Assembly: GCA_029953675.1 (NCBI GenBank)
Contig: JAMWBK010000004.1
Span: 2,976,001-3,040,000, forward strand
Direction of reading: 5' to 3'
Length of the DNA: 64,000 nt
DNA from: Rhodosorus marinus CCMP1338
Taxonomy: Eukaryota; Plantae; Rhodophyta
Every line of letters begins with the position of its first letter. The first letter of the stretch is position 1. The translations under genes and the position numbers were made by a program. Of the stretch, positions 45,908-59,426 are shown piece by piece. The notes beneath the pieces are model-generated. The model did not search any database. It saw nothing but the letters and a program-made list of their open reading frames with translations, and was not told the origin of the DNA.

Positions 45908-48009
45908 TCAAGCCTGCAAAAAGTTGCATATTTGCCAATCAGTAAGGTGGAAATTCGGATAAAACAATTCTAGCGCATGAACTGAGAGACGCTCACGTGG
46001 TTAAGAACAGCTTGATGGTCCTTTGCAAAGAGCTGCTGCTGTGCCTTGGGTTTCTCTGTCTCAGGAGTAAGCGACTCGAGCTTACCCGATCTCACAACAA
46101 CGGACGAGGGAGACGAGGAATTGTTCCTCATGCTCACGCTTGAAGTCGGGGATGAACATTTCAGCTTCTGAATAGTTGCCTCGAGCTGTTCACCTTCTTC
46201 TTCGAGTTCCGAGATCTCATCTCGAAGAGCTTTGATAAGAACGCCCTTCTGGTTGCAGTCCGCCTCGAGAGAGCCGATAACCTTGTTCCGATCGCTAAGA
46301 GACTTTACCTCAGCAGAAAGGGTTGCGTTTAACTCCTTCAGCTTGGTATGATCGAGCTTCAAGCTCTTCAAATCATTAGCGGCTTTATCCGCAGCTGCAC
46401 TGGCCTCTTCGTATTTCTGGGCCACTGCGTCGAGATCCTTCTTGTTTCTCTGGTACCGGTGTTTGTAGTTTCTCTCGCTCAGCTTCAAGGTCTTGGACTG
46501 ACTGGTGGCTATCAACCGGTCCTCCTGTGCAATCTTCAATTCTAGCTTGAGCACCTCTATCTCAGCCTCGAGCTCTTCCTGCTTGAACTCGTTTTCCTTC
46601 ACAGCCGCAAAACGATAAAGCGCAAACGAGCGTTTAGCAACTAAAACAGAAGCCAGTCCGCACGTTGGGGACGATTTCTCGCAACTTGCGTTACCTCGTC
46701 AAGGAATACATCTAGTTGCCGTAGGTTCTTTCGCCCGTTCGAGAGCATGTCTATTCTCTGAAGCATGTGTCTGCGCTCTTCCTTAAAGATGACTTCTTCT
46801 TCTTCTGCCCTCTCGACAACTTCAGAGTACTTCATTTGCAATGCAGAATGTTCTTGCTGCAAACCTACGATTTGCTTGTCCAGGCCGCTCGACTTTACTA
46901 GGAGCGCATCCCTCTCCGAGATAACATCGGCCATCTCTATGTCTTTCATCTCGGTCCTTGTTGTGGTGCTCTCAAGTTCTCTCTGCGCGTTTGCTAGAGA
47001 AACCTTGACGGTACTGAGCTCGGCCAACGTCGCGATTTCCCTGTCCAGCAGCAGCTGCTTTTCGTTGGAATAAATATGATTCTCCGCTTGCATCATCTGC
47101 AACTCTGCTTTTGTCTTCCTCAGGTCTTCAACGATAGCTGCCTGTGCGCCCAATCCCTGAGACTTCTGTAGCTTGTTCAAGGACTGCTCCAGATTCCTCA
47201 GTCTCGCCTCCGTTTCGTTCATGGTGAAAATAAGCCTTGTATTCTCCTTAAGCGTTCTGTTCCTATCTGCTTCGACGGCCTTGAGCTTCGACTGCGTAGC
47301 TCTGAGCTCATCCGCCAGGTCCAGTACTTTCCTTTCCTTGTCCTCGTTTAACCCGTATTTGACATCTGTACTGTCCCTGTCAATAGAGTTTGTGCTCGGA
47401 TATCTGGTACGTACGGCGCCAGCAGATTGGCTTTGAACAATCCTAGACCCTCTGGAACCTTGTGACGTTCTCGGAGCTGATCACGGAAAACTCTTACAGT
47501 TAGCATCGACCACGGAGAACCACTCTCAAGACCTAAGGCAGCTGGCGGAGGGCTTGGTGCTTACCTGGCGGTGCGTCGTCGACGACCGTAGACGAGAAAT
47601 AGTTCTTTAAGACGTTGATTTCTTTCCCAAATTGTTCCACCCTACTCTCCAGCTCATGAACTCTAGCGTCCTCGCCAGGGTCATTCACTGAGTCACGACT
47701 GGCTAGGTGGATATCCCGCTCGGACTTGGAGAGCGGTGGCTTCGATAACTTGGAAACTGGAGGGCTTGTTGATGAAGCCCTCCTGTCGGGCTCCTCAGGC
47801 TTTGCATTCTGGTCGCGACGCCCAAACAAAAACCTAGTTGAATTGAACCTTCCCAATCCAAGCTGGCGTGAAACGAAACTTAAACATTCAGAACATGAAC
47901 CAATCCGAACAAATGACGAAATCCAAAACCGTTCTCTGAAGGTCGCCCTTACCTTGAAAGACTTTCTGCTCTCTCGATTACCCCTCGACGAGTCACTTGC
48001 AACATCCAT
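45908..48009 (-). CDS. Long coiled-coil protein, multi-exon, unknown function
   Basis: ORFs 47533-48039, 46641-47222 and 45970-46602 are E/K/L-rich heptad sequence linked by introns. Start MDVASDSS at 48009. Confidence 0.7.
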
Positions 48010-48649
48010 CTCTGCACCCCCGCTATCAGAGTCCCTCACAGTTCTGCATTGTTCCGATTTTCAAGTAAACCAGACGCAAACCCCCAATATACAATTAGCC
48101 GCAACAGTGATGAAAACCAAAGGAAAATGAAAAGTGGTTAGTCCGACTTCCCTCTTCCCGAAACTTGTCTCTGCAAAAACACTTATATGTATATCAACCT
48201 CACACAGACTACTTGAAGCAATGAATAACCAAAAAGCTGAGTTCCAATCTACACGAGCTACTCTCATCTACCCAAAAAGGGCTTGAAAACAAACATCAGA
48301 CCGCTCTATTCCCCATACTTTGCAAAGCCTTCAAGAAAATAAAAAGAAATCCATGCATCGCAAAAACCATAACCCCTCCCCCTCCAAAAGTATACCCCCC
48401 ATTTTCCCCTACCAACGAAACCACTCTAAAATTAAGGTTATTCAAGAAACTCCATCACTGTTGGTTTCTCGTTGGTAAGTCCCGATTTCACAGCATAAAA
48501 ATTAAATCTTTCAATATGAAACCCCGCTTCAGACAATATCCAAAAAAGAAAGTTCTGATCATAATGTCTCAAAAAAAGGGGGGGGGGATAATCTAGGATT
48601 AAGAAAGTACAAAAAGATTACAAACGAGTTTCGACGTGCCCTCTTAAAA

Positions 48650-49337
48650 TTAATGACAAAACATAACTAGCGCAATGTTCAGAGTTCTTTGTAGGGGTAT
48701 TCGTACAAACGGACTACTAAAAAAATTACAAACAGGGGGGTTGTCTTGCATTGAGTCAATTCCGCAACACCAAGATGATGGCCGTGGAAATGGCACCAAC
48801 AGGCAACCATTCCGTTTCGGGATAGGAGGGAAAGGGGCACCCGCTCGCATCGTGAACGGAAAGTAGAAGCAGATGCTCCAAATAACGTGCAGGTATGCAA
48901 GATAGAGACGAGCGAGTTTGGGCGTGGCGTGGGTACTTACGGGAAAAGGCTTCTAAAGGCTTCAGCATGAGCGTCTGGCTTCTGCTTGGGCCCCTCTTGA
49001 CCGGCATTTTGCTTCGCAACTTCGGAAGCATTTAAACTTACATGGAGAGAAGACTCACGTGTACTCCGTCTGCTGTTAGAATATCGTGAGCTACTCTTCG
49101 TAAGTCTCTCTGCATTTAGACTTTCACGGGTCTTGTCCTTATTCAGCTCAGCTTTGCTATCCTTTTCACCGGGGAAACGGCCAAGGAAAGTGGACGAGCG
49201 TCCTGGTAGAGAATCAAAAAGCACCTTCGATCAGCAAAAACTTCCCGATCGGCGGATCACTTGAGTATGGAAGACATACTTGAGCCAAAGAAAGACTTCG
49301 ACTTCCTGTTCGATGCGGCGTCTACTTCAGCTGCCAT
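48650..49337 (-). CDS. Hypothetical Ser/Arg/Lys-rich protein, about 3 exons
   Basis: MAAEVDAASNRKSKSFFGS, intron, then ORF 48937-49224. The 3' exon is uncertain. Confidence 0.35.
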
Positions 49338-52134
49338 TTCTTATCTAGCACATCATTCTCACGCACGCAGCGCCTCTCAATCGTCCCAGTTCCACCCGTA
49401 CAACTACCGACAACCCAGTCCCTAAAATTGTCTCAGGGGAAGCCTCAAACTCTGTTCTTCTGCAAACTGGACCTTCTACTCAAAAAGCCAACACCCGGGC
49501 TCCTGGTCGTCTCGTACCAACTTCACTACCAACAGCAGAAAACGAGGCTACCAAAACCACAACCAATTCCCGCATCATCCACCTCCCGCCACCCCCACAT
49601 CACCCACCTACACCGCTCTCAACCATATTATCAACTACCCTAGACCTTGACATCCGCTCCTCGTCCCCTGGCAATATAATCAGGAAAAACAGAAGTCAAA
49701 AAGGGCCAAAGAGGCAGGCCAATTTCTAACGGGCTATAAGAAAAAGGCAGAAAAATTTATATGCAAAATCTATTTTTTATTTGATTATATGGGATATTCC
49801 CAGTATCTCTCCGACTCAAAATCATGAACGTCTAAAAACTTTAAGACAATTTGATGCCTAATTGGGTCGAAATTATTATCCAAAAACATGAACTCATCAT
49901 GACGAGACCGAAAGAGACGAAACGGTCATTAATTCCATACTCCATACCTGGGGTTACTAGTTAACTAATATTCTGGTTTTGATTTGATTTAATGGTGCCC
50001 CCCCCCCCTTCACTAGCCCCGTCTCCGAAGCCGAGAACAATATCATGTCGTCATTTTAATTTTACAATTCGTTTTTTGCTGTCAATTTCCACAATCAAAA
50101 TTTGAATTTTGATTAGTACGGGGTAGTTTTGATTTCTTTCGTGTTAAGAAAGCTGGTGCCCCTTTCAAGTCCCATTCAAAACCTCGGAGAAAAACTTGTC
50201 AGCTCTAAAAAAAAGGGGGAGCAAATTTAGACAGATAGACTTAACTAATAATATTGACTGAAAACAATCTTTTTTAGTGTTTTGAATGAGGTCCCATTGT
50301 ATATGTAGGATGTAGGATGTACTAATTACTATAGTACGATTTTTTCAAGCTTGTCTATAGTTTTATTTCGGTTTTGTGGTCACCCACAAAATTTCAGCCC
50401 GGGGAGGGGGGTCGTTTGAATTTGTCCCTATTATTTGGCGTGGAAGGACATGGCGTGGTAGCTTGTCTCGGAGGCCCGTGGGCAACGCGTGCAAACCCCA
50501 CCCGCGTATTCTGGTGGGAAGATTAATAGTAAGTTGACTTGTACGTTTTGGAGTCGCTGGGCTTCCCGTTCGAGCCGATCAAAAAGGCAGCCATAGTAAA
50601 GCTTCGAAAACTTTGTGTTTTGACTTATGCTGAACGAAATTGTTTACGTCTTAGGCTTTGGCGTGGTGTACAATTGGCATGGGGAGGTCAGGTTCTGATC
50701 GCCTCTATACGGGAAGCTCATCCTATGCACTCCAGAGTTTCATTGAAGGGGGAGTGTCAAGAAGTAGTAGCTGTGTATCTACATACCAAGCCTTGTCACC
50801 CGAAAACAACCAACTTGCCTATTTTGTCTGTTTATGAAGTGTACCTTTCTGTGCTGGGATGTTTCTATACTTTCTCAAAGTCATCGTTTCTGATCCGCAT
50901 GAGCCCGCATCCCCGAAGGAAAGGAGAGTGGACTGCACGTTTGGTTCCAATCCTGTGTAAGTTTCCGTCCGTCTTAGCTTCACCTGTGGCCCTTGATCAA
51001 TGCCATTTTCAAAACAAAACTTTTCTTCCCGTTCAATCTATCAAAATATGACTTGTGAAGTTATTTGCTCCTCCAAATCTGAGCTCAAATTTTAGCGACT
51101 AAATGACGATTTGTAACGGACATATCGGAGGTCGGGTCTGTCCGGCGAAGCAGCATAGATTCCCACTGCTCACCTAGGTCCAAATGGCTAAAAGCGCGGT
51201 AGGCTTTTCTTAGCTTTCAAGGCCTTTCATTCCAAACTTTGTTTACTTAAGGGCCCGCAGTTTTTGTGGGCTTGATGAGCGATAACCTCATCCAAGGGAG
51301 CCGGCAGCTGACTTTGGCCTTTATGGGCTTCCTGTTACCGAAAAAGACTGTTTAAGCATGCTGAGGATGGCTTCATCATCATCGACTTCCCACTGCTGAA
51401 AGTGTATGTAGAGTTTCAAAACGTTTCTTCTCGTTCACCAACTCTGCTGCGAACAAGCCATCCGGCCTGTACGCGCGATCATCAGCAACCAACTGCCAAG
51501 TTGATATTTGTATTGCAAAGCCAGCCTTTTTGAACTTGGAAGAGAGGCCAATAGCTGAGCCATGGATTAGCTCAGAACTGGGTTCGCATGCCGGGAACTG
51601 ATGCCATGTTGGGAGCGATGTGGTTGGCAAACAGCTACAGCCGAAAGGGGTAACTCCTGCCCAGACTACCAGAAAACATAACGCGGATATCCTCAAACCC
51701 TTTCTCGAACTTGGACCAGTACTCCGAGGTTTCGAAGAATGACATTCTTCCCCTTTTTCCAGTAACTAGTCTACACAATCCATGCGCACTTGAGCACATG
51801 GATGCTCTTCTGGTGTGGCATTCGGGACGGCAAGTTCTCGTACGAAATTCCAATACTAGTTGGCTCTTTCGTTGCTTCCATTTAGCTTCAGCTGCAGTAG
51901 GCTCCCAACTGTACGCCCCTCCGCCCTTCTCCAACTAAGAGGCACTGAAAAGGCTATCCAATGGATTCGCGACGTTAAAAGAGTTGGCGAATGGATTTTA
52001 GCTAATCCGCCTGCTCTGAGTAGCTTTCATGTGCTGAACACTGGTCTTTGCCTGCAGAATGGTGGAGGGAGTAGATCATTGATCGACGAATCTGAAAACA
52101 CTGGCGGCACCCATTGGGTTGTTCTATTCACAAA

Positions 52135-53208
52135 ATGCGTTGGACATGGTCTGCACCGTTGGGTTTGGGATTGGCCTACCTCGGAACATCGATATGTGCG
52201 ATGCTCAAGCCGGAGCTGGTGGCAGGGTTCGTATCGAAAGGGGAGCTGAGTGAGAACGAGCTATACCTTGGATTATGGAGGTTGCTGGGAGTCGAGTTAT
52301 TGGGCGTAGCGCTCGTGACCTCGAAACAGATTCTCCATCCACATCGTGGGGTGTTCTTGGGAATGAGCGGTTTGTGCTTCCTTCTTGGCACTCTAAGCTT
52401 AGTTGCACTAACACAAGGTTCAAGCGGTTGGAATCCTGACTTTGCCGCGAGCTCAGCATTTGTTCACTGGACGCTTTTCATTGCGTTCATGGTCTCCATC
52501 GTCTACTTACCGATGGCCAGGTCGTTGGATAACTCTCCAAAGTTTCTGATTCTGTACGAGAGCTAGTCCTTCAGATCGCTCCAGTTTCCACCTGTTCAAA
52601 TCTTTTGCAATTTCGCTAACTGCAGTCTTTCGCGACGATCAGGGTGATGACTGCGTTGCTTCTCTGCGTAGGAATGAATTACTTTTTATTGTGGCAAGGG
52701 ACGATTGGCAGGTTTGTACTGAAAGACGTACTAAAACAGGCGACCTCCGCGGACCTTTTGACTATGGGCTATGCGGTGAGCGTTCGCAACGATTCCTTCT
52801 GCATGCCCGGACAGCATCGGACCTCTGAGCGCATCTCACCAATCCATGCTTTTAAACTTTCAGATCGTAGTCTGGGGTATCGTGAAAGTCGCTTTCGGCG
52901 TAGTAACAATGACAATGGCGGCGAACGCTTCAAAATATGACCTCATGATGCTCGGTGCTTATGCCTGGTTGATGGTTACAGCAACCGGACTGCTTTGCTT
53001 GAATCTTGGAAAGGGCGTGTTTGACGAAAACGAAGCTTACGCGGCAATGGCGCTGTACGGTTCTCTGGCAGTTGCTTACGTCTTCTTGGGTCTCACCTAT
53101 GACGTTCCATCCAGAACTACAAAGACTGAATCGACAAAAGTCATGGAAAGCACTGCAAAAAAGGAGAAGGGCACGTCGAGCGCACCCGAATCCAAGAAGA
53201 CCAAGTGA
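52135..53208 (+). CDS. Hypothetical ~8-TM membrane protein with C-terminal KKxx ER-retrieval motif, 3 exons
   Basis: Hydrophobic ORFs 52114-52566, 52644-52940 and 52846-53208 join via GT-AG introns; ends SKKTK*. Confidence 0.6.
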
Positions 53209-54153
53209 AGTCAGCGCGAACGGCCGAGCTCGCAATGAAAGCAGCAGTCTCCGAGCTGGGGAAAACATCCGTTATGAATTTTGCTGTGCCGGCAAACGCG
53301 ATTTTACTATTCCCAATCGTACGCGATGTTCGCAAGTTAAGCGCCAGCTTTTCCGACCGCGGAGATTGATTGTGCAAAACAGTCTAGCTTGGAGGCGCCG
53401 GAGGCTACGAGTTAGGTTTTAGCTTAGTGATCAGCGTGAGCTATTGAATGATTGCCAGCTGTAAACTTTTACCGCGTTTTGCTTGTCCGTAGTCTACAAG
53501 CAACGAAATTTGTATTCTTGTTGGACACGTCTGTAGCCCTACGATGAATTCAGTTCCAGCGGGGGCTATTGAGGCTGTAGCTCAGCCCATTGATTAGAGC
53601 AGTAAGCAGATGTCGAGCTCCTGTCCGCATCCAAAGAGTACGCGTTTGGTCATCAAGTCCGCCAATACGACGTGCTTAACAGGCCTGTCGGTCGAGTTTC
53701 TTATCTCGCCGGCTTTGTTCTACCCACCATCATCGCTGCGCCTTTCAGAGACTGTTTCAATGGCACACACCTCCCATCTAGTTAAATTCGGTTTTCCTAT
53801 TTCAGTTATCCTCGCCTCTAGAATAGTAAGACACCAAAAAACTTGAATGAATTGTACAATAATTAGGGAAGAATGTATTTCCCATTGGTCAAGAAAAAGG
53901 TGTCACAGTTCCATAAATTGGATTTGTGCCCTAAAATCGCGCTCGTTGCGGAGAGTCCTGCACCATTGGCTGCGCTTGGCCGAGGGGCCAATGTTACGTT
54001 CTGGTTGTTTGCAAGAGAAGTGAAGCTGTTTAGAGGGATGTGTAAAAAGCAGGTGTGCTTGGGAAGGTCGAGATATGTTAGCCTGGAGTTACGTTGAAGA
54101 ATTGCATCGTAAGGAAAGGCTGCAAAGGTCCTTTTTTTGGTAGAAGAAGAACT

Positions 54154-55365
54154 ATGCTTGCGAGATCGACGACAATGAGAGGCATTTGGAGGGGACTGGC
54201 TTCGAAGCCGGCAGCAGCGGAGAAGTCGAAGCTTCCCGCTGCATTGAAAGCAGATGGCCTGAAGAGTGTTGCTGGGGAGGATCCAATGAATATGACTGGA
54301 GAGCAGCTAGAGAAACTGGATTTTGAAGCAGCAAGGAGAAGGCTCAAAGAGGAGGGGGAGTTTAAGCCTAATTTCTTGCAGCGGGCTCTGGGTCTGGACA
54401 AGCTTGTGGGTTGGATGCTTCACGGGCCTGATAAAAGGAGAGATTTTTTTATGCGGGTAAGCTTTTTAACTTTTGTTTGGATCTTGACGCGCTAAGAGTA
54501 AATGCGTGTGAGCTCACTGGTATTCCAATCAAACTGCTCAGATGTTAGGTGCAGGTTCAATGTATACGAAGCGCAGGGTCACGGAAATGAGAATATGGGA
54601 TAGAGTACAAGAGATTAGTTATTCCGATAGGTTTTACAATTCGCTCAGAGTGCCTAGGGATGTGAGAGTCAGATTTCTCTCATGGTTTGAAGTCTCTGGG
54701 CTTCATATCTGGCTGACCGTGAGGAGAGCAGAGGTCGGTGACAAACAAGAGCTGAAGAGTGCACATAACCTTATGGAAAGGCTTTGGACAGAGGTAGAAG
54801 TTAGATTGTATGAAGAAGAGGGTAGGATTCCCTAGAATACGCTCCCAGAAGACTAGATTTTCTTCTCTTGTCGTGCTAGGCAACAACTTAATTCTTCTTC
54901 ACGGTGTTCTATATGCGCAGGGTTGCCGTATTCGCAAATGGTGAAGGTTACCAGGGACCTTCAGAAGCTTTGGTATGCTCGAAGCAAGCTATTGGACAAA
55001 GCTGTTCAGGATCGAGACTTCGATGAGATTGAAAAAATTTTGCTCAGAAACGTGAATTTCATTGAGAAGGATCTACAGAGGGCGAAGCGACTGAGGATGT
55101 ATCTTATATCGGAACTAGATCGGTTGCAGCAGGTTCGAATACTCTTAAGCTACAATGACGTTAATTAGCCAATCCGTCATGCGCATCTGCTAACCTCACT
55201 AATTCTGTATACCCTGACCTTGCTTCCAATGCACAGATCACCATTGAGGACGGCATTGAAGGGAAGATCTTTGAAGGAAACGAGTTTGCCCTGAGAACTC
55301 GCCCTTCAGGGACTACCCTGGTGGAGGACTACGTTGAGAAGCGCGAACCGAAAAATTTGACTTAG
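54154..55365 (+). CDS. UQCC1: Ubiquinol-cytochrome c reductase complex assembly factor (UQCC1/Cbp3 family), mitochondrial, 4 exons
   Basis: Mitochondrial-type presequence MLARSTTMRGIWRGLAS; SWFEVSGLHIWLTVRR, LWTEVEVRL and LLRNV match the Cbp3 motifs. Confidence 0.75.
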
Positions 55366-55698
55366 TGCCTTTTGGAACACTTGTATTCTCATGCTGATAT
55401 TTGTCTGCTCTTCTTCAGCTAATTTTCGAGTCGCTTTTGTGCGCTTTCGTCTGATTTGATCGAGGTGATCTGGTAGCCCGCCTCATGCAAAAGGTAGCTC
55501 GTACAGGTCCCAAAACATGTATTTTTGTTTTCAACCCGAAAATCAAGGGAATTCAATTCCTTAAGCAACAGAGATTGTGTTGAATCACGCGGCGTACTTG
55601 CTTCTGGCATGTTTTAAGTGCTGGCGTTTTCCACCAGAGGCCAAGGTTTGAAGTCTTGTTGGCTGGGTCTTTCTTCTCTGGTGGATGTTCGGCGGGCT

Positions 55699-56270
55699 CT
55701 ACTCCTTTTTGGTCTTCCTTCGGGATTCAAGCCGCTTCATCATGTCATCGCCAATGTCTGCTTCAATATCGATGCTGGCTGCAGCCTTGGACTTGGCTTC
55801 TTCCTAGATGCGTTGGAGAATTGGAGAAGCTAAGCTCCGGTGCGCAGAGAAATTGAACCATCTTCAACGGTCAAAGTGGATTGATCGGCACGATTGCTCA
55901 CCGCAGCTGGAGACTTTCTCTTCACCTCTTTCTTCTGGAAAACGCCCCCAGTGACTGTCTGGAAAAGGCCCTTCTTCTCTCCATCCGAACCTTGGTCACC
56001 TGCATCCTTTTTCGCGAACGCAGCTTGGGGTAAGAACGACGTAGCAATCCCAGCAGTAACCCCGCTAGCCACTCGAAGGAACTCTGCTCGCGAGACCTTC
56101 AGATAACCCTAAGAACCGAAAACAGCTCAGCTTAATCAGGGACCATCGAAAACAGAAACACCCAACGGGGGATGCCAACGCACCTCCTCATCAGCTTTCA
56201 CCGCGCAGGCACAGTGCCTCGTCCTGCTGGTGACTGAAACTCCGCTGGTCACAAACCCAATTCTGGCCAT
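55699..56270 (-). CDS. Hypothetical thylakoid-lumen protein (transit peptide plus lumenal signal), 3 exons
   Basis: MARIGFVTSG transit peptide; SRAEFL, a hydrophobic stretch and an AFA cleavage site; charged mature part ending RRKTKKE*. Confidence 0.6.
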
Positions 56271-58963
56271 TGTTGTACTTCAGGACAAAGCAATCCCTGT
56301 CAGTCAGAAACACTCTCGAACAATTCAGATTCTGGACGCAACGAAAAAACTCTGACCTACCGCTGACAATGAAACAACTATCTCACACAGCAAACAACCT
56401 TCAAACTAGTCCTTCACAGTCTCTAAATGCCTTCAGCCCTTTCCGTCGCAGACAACCGTATCAGAACGCTGACTCTTTTTGGGCACACCAGCAGCACGCG
56501 CTCTGCTCCACCAGTTGCACCAGCACTGCGAAACCAACTACTTCCGCAACACAGGTTTGATCCAAAACGAGGATTTTGATCCATCGCTCTCGAGATTTGG
56601 TTGAAAACTAGAACTTTTCAACCACCTTTTGCGTTCTCACCGTAGCACATCGAATCTTAGGATGCCCACAGTCAGATGATTGGACATATTTCTAACCAAT
56701 ATAAAATGTTTCTATCAATGCAGAACGAATATATTTATTTAAAGTATATTTATTGATATAAATCGTTGATATATATATGATTGGCTTATTTCTTCTCGCA
56801 TATCTAGATTATGATGTCAACTTTGATAAAATAAAGAAAAAACCTCCTCCGGACTCTAAAAACTTCGAAGAAACAAACCGCCAGAATTTGTTTACTTAGA
56901 GATTTCTTAATTCCAATATTTTTAGGGGAAGTCGTCGTTAACATATGGCACCGAGACCACCGCGTCTCGGTGGAATCTTTTTTTGTAGAAACCCCGTCAA
57001 GAAACACAAACCGTCTTGTCTTCTAGGCGGTAGGTAATCACTTTTTCCGGAATTCTGTAATTTTCGTCGCCAGAGGGGTTCAACTCATCGTTAAAAATAT
57101 GTTCTGCGAAGACATATTGTAACCTGCCCCATGCGGCTTCATTCGTATTTTTCATATTTAGTAATTTTATCTCATGGACGCGGGCGTGAGATGTCCCTTA
57201 CCAAGGGGTTAGGAGGAGCCGTGAAACATAGGGGGAGGATGGCAAAGTGTAATTAGTTCCTTTTGGAATTTTGGGGTGGAGATATTTTACCGGTGAGGGA
57301 AAACTTAAAATAAAAATAAAAAGGCGAAGTGTGGATATTTTTTTTTTCACTCGGAGTTTTTTCCACAATCAAATAGTCGCGCGAAACCTAGAAAACCCTA
57401 TTTTTTTGGAAAAGCCTTCGTAGGGGCTAGAACAGATCATCCATTGAAAAGATAAGGCCATAGAAGTGCCTAAATATTTTAAGATTCAAATAAAATTTGA
57501 CATCCAAGACAAAGCCCACCCCTTTGGAAAATTGTTTCATTTTAGTTCAGTCAATTACGTCTTAATAGTTTTTTTGGAACTGATTAGGGCATGGTTGTGC
57601 AATACGCCAATTAAAAACGCTAAACGATAATGTAAACGAATTAATTATGTACACGTGTCTGAATAGTACATATACTCATTGGATTGCTTTCAGCTGACGA
57701 GCCCAGGTGACCTCCGTTGCTCCTGAGATTCGTTTTTGAGCTGTGCAAATTGTCTCAGCGTTTGAAACTTCCTGTCTGTTCATCGAAGGCGAAGTTTCCC
57801 AATTCCTCCCCCGATTCCTTTAGCGGCGTTTAGGACCTTCGCAAGAATCTGCTGAGGGGTACTGAAAAGCCTCCGTGGATAAGCACGATGAGGTCTGGCT
57901 TCCACAGGACTCTTTGACTTGCTGGGATAGCAGATTCATGGGTGCGTCAGATGGAGTTCGCCGAATAAGTTTTGTAGGACTCGATCATTTTGGAAAGCGG
58001 GAAAAAGAACGGTTCGCAATCCATGACAGAGCCTGATTCCTCTAGCTCTCCAAGTGTTGACGTGTGTCCAGTGCCGGCCGATAGAAACTGGGGGTGGAAG
58101 GGGGTCAAGCACGCGTTGAAGAAAAGGCCTTAATCAGAGTACTACACTACAATCGTGCAGGAAAAGTTCGCTCCCACGGCTTGCTGGTAGCGGTTGTGGA
58201 CGCTACATCGGCAGCCGTGGCCTCAGTGAAAAGTTTCCGTATTGCTTCTGGGTCCACAAGGTTCTACATCACTAATGCTCAAGCAGTGACCAACATGTTC
58301 TTGTCAACAGAATACCCATTCGTATCAATCAGCAGAACCCAAACTAGTTGCTCTGACCCAAGCGTGCGACTCATAGCCGCTCTTCGTTACACGATATAAG
58401 TTTGGATTAATTTCCACGCGCCGTGTCAAGCAACGAGGAACCTTCATCAACTCAAGAGCAAGTCCTCCATAGGATTCACAAGCCCGTGAGCAAACCCCCT
58501 TCAAGATCTGCGCTGAAGCGTGGTTTCGTTGGAAGTACACCGTGCAGTGTAAAGGCCGTCTCGACTACGACGTCTATCACGACCACGAGACCACGGCCGT
58601 TGTTTTCGGCTCACACCCACGCAGGGCTGGCGTACCAAGGCCTGATCACCGCACTTGTTTTTTGCGTATATCCTTCTCGGAGTAGCCGAGGCTCTCTCAA
58701 GAGCCCCTGCGCCAGTCTCTTATGGAATGTCAGTCAAGATCCCATGCCCATTGGCAGGAGTCCCTCTGCGGATGGTAAGAAGGGCACATGCAGGCGTTCC
58801 CTTCGTCGCTGGAAAACGATAACGTGACCAGGGAAAGGGGAGTGACGTAGTGTGAGGTTTGTGTAGTGCGATAGAAGCTGCCGATGATTGTTGTGAACTG
58901 GCCTTCTTGAGACGAGACGTGTAGATCATGGGTTTTCAATTGAGGGATATATGACATTCATCG

Positions 58964-59426
58964 ATGAGATTTCCGGGGTTGAAAGCGGCTCGACAGAGAC
59001 GTGAAGCCAATCCGTTTTGTATGAAATGCGGTACAGTGATAAGTGGTGTTGATGAGAGATGTTCTGTATGTGGGAGTGAACTTGGGCAGCGGAGTGCGGC
59101 AATGGATACTACACGAGTGGAGCTCGAAGCTTCGGATACGATGAAGGAGCTCCTGCATGATGTGGATGATTCTGAAGGGGACAATCAAGCTGCCGTTATT
59201 CAAGAGGAATGCCCACAATGTAAAGCCGTTGGCTTATCGTTTAGAACCGCTCAGCTGCGTTCCGCGGATGAGGGTCAGACAATTTTTTATACTTGCCTCT
59301 CCTGCAAGTAAGTCGAACACAGTCTAGCAATACCCAAAACAGATTTGTGCTCTGCGATGAGAGCAAATTTGACTGTTATGTGCTGCTCTTGATGCCTCCA
59401 GGTATAAATTTACAGTTAACTCTTGA
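58964..59426 (+). CDS. RPA12: RNA polymerase I subunit RPA12 (A12.2), 2 exons
   Basis: N-terminal FCMKCG...CSVC zinc ribbon; C-terminal ECPQC...AQLRSADEGQTIFYTCLSC, intron, then KYKFTVNS*. Confidence 0.9.

Noticed and set aside
49898-49929. Hammerhead-ribozyme-like string CATGACGAG-ACC-GAAA-GAGA-CGAAAC
   Set aside because: The core lacks CUGA (C3-G8 pair missing) and stem II does not pair (ACC vs GAGA).
50539-51051. 170-aa ORF as a stand-alone gene
   Set aside because: TTG start, no recognisable motif, and it runs through intron-like GT...AG segments.
53571-53620. tRNA-like 5' half (GAGGCTGTAGCTCAG...TTAGAGCA)
   Set aside because: The D-stem is present, but there is no anticodon stem, no TTC T-loop and no 3' acceptor strand.
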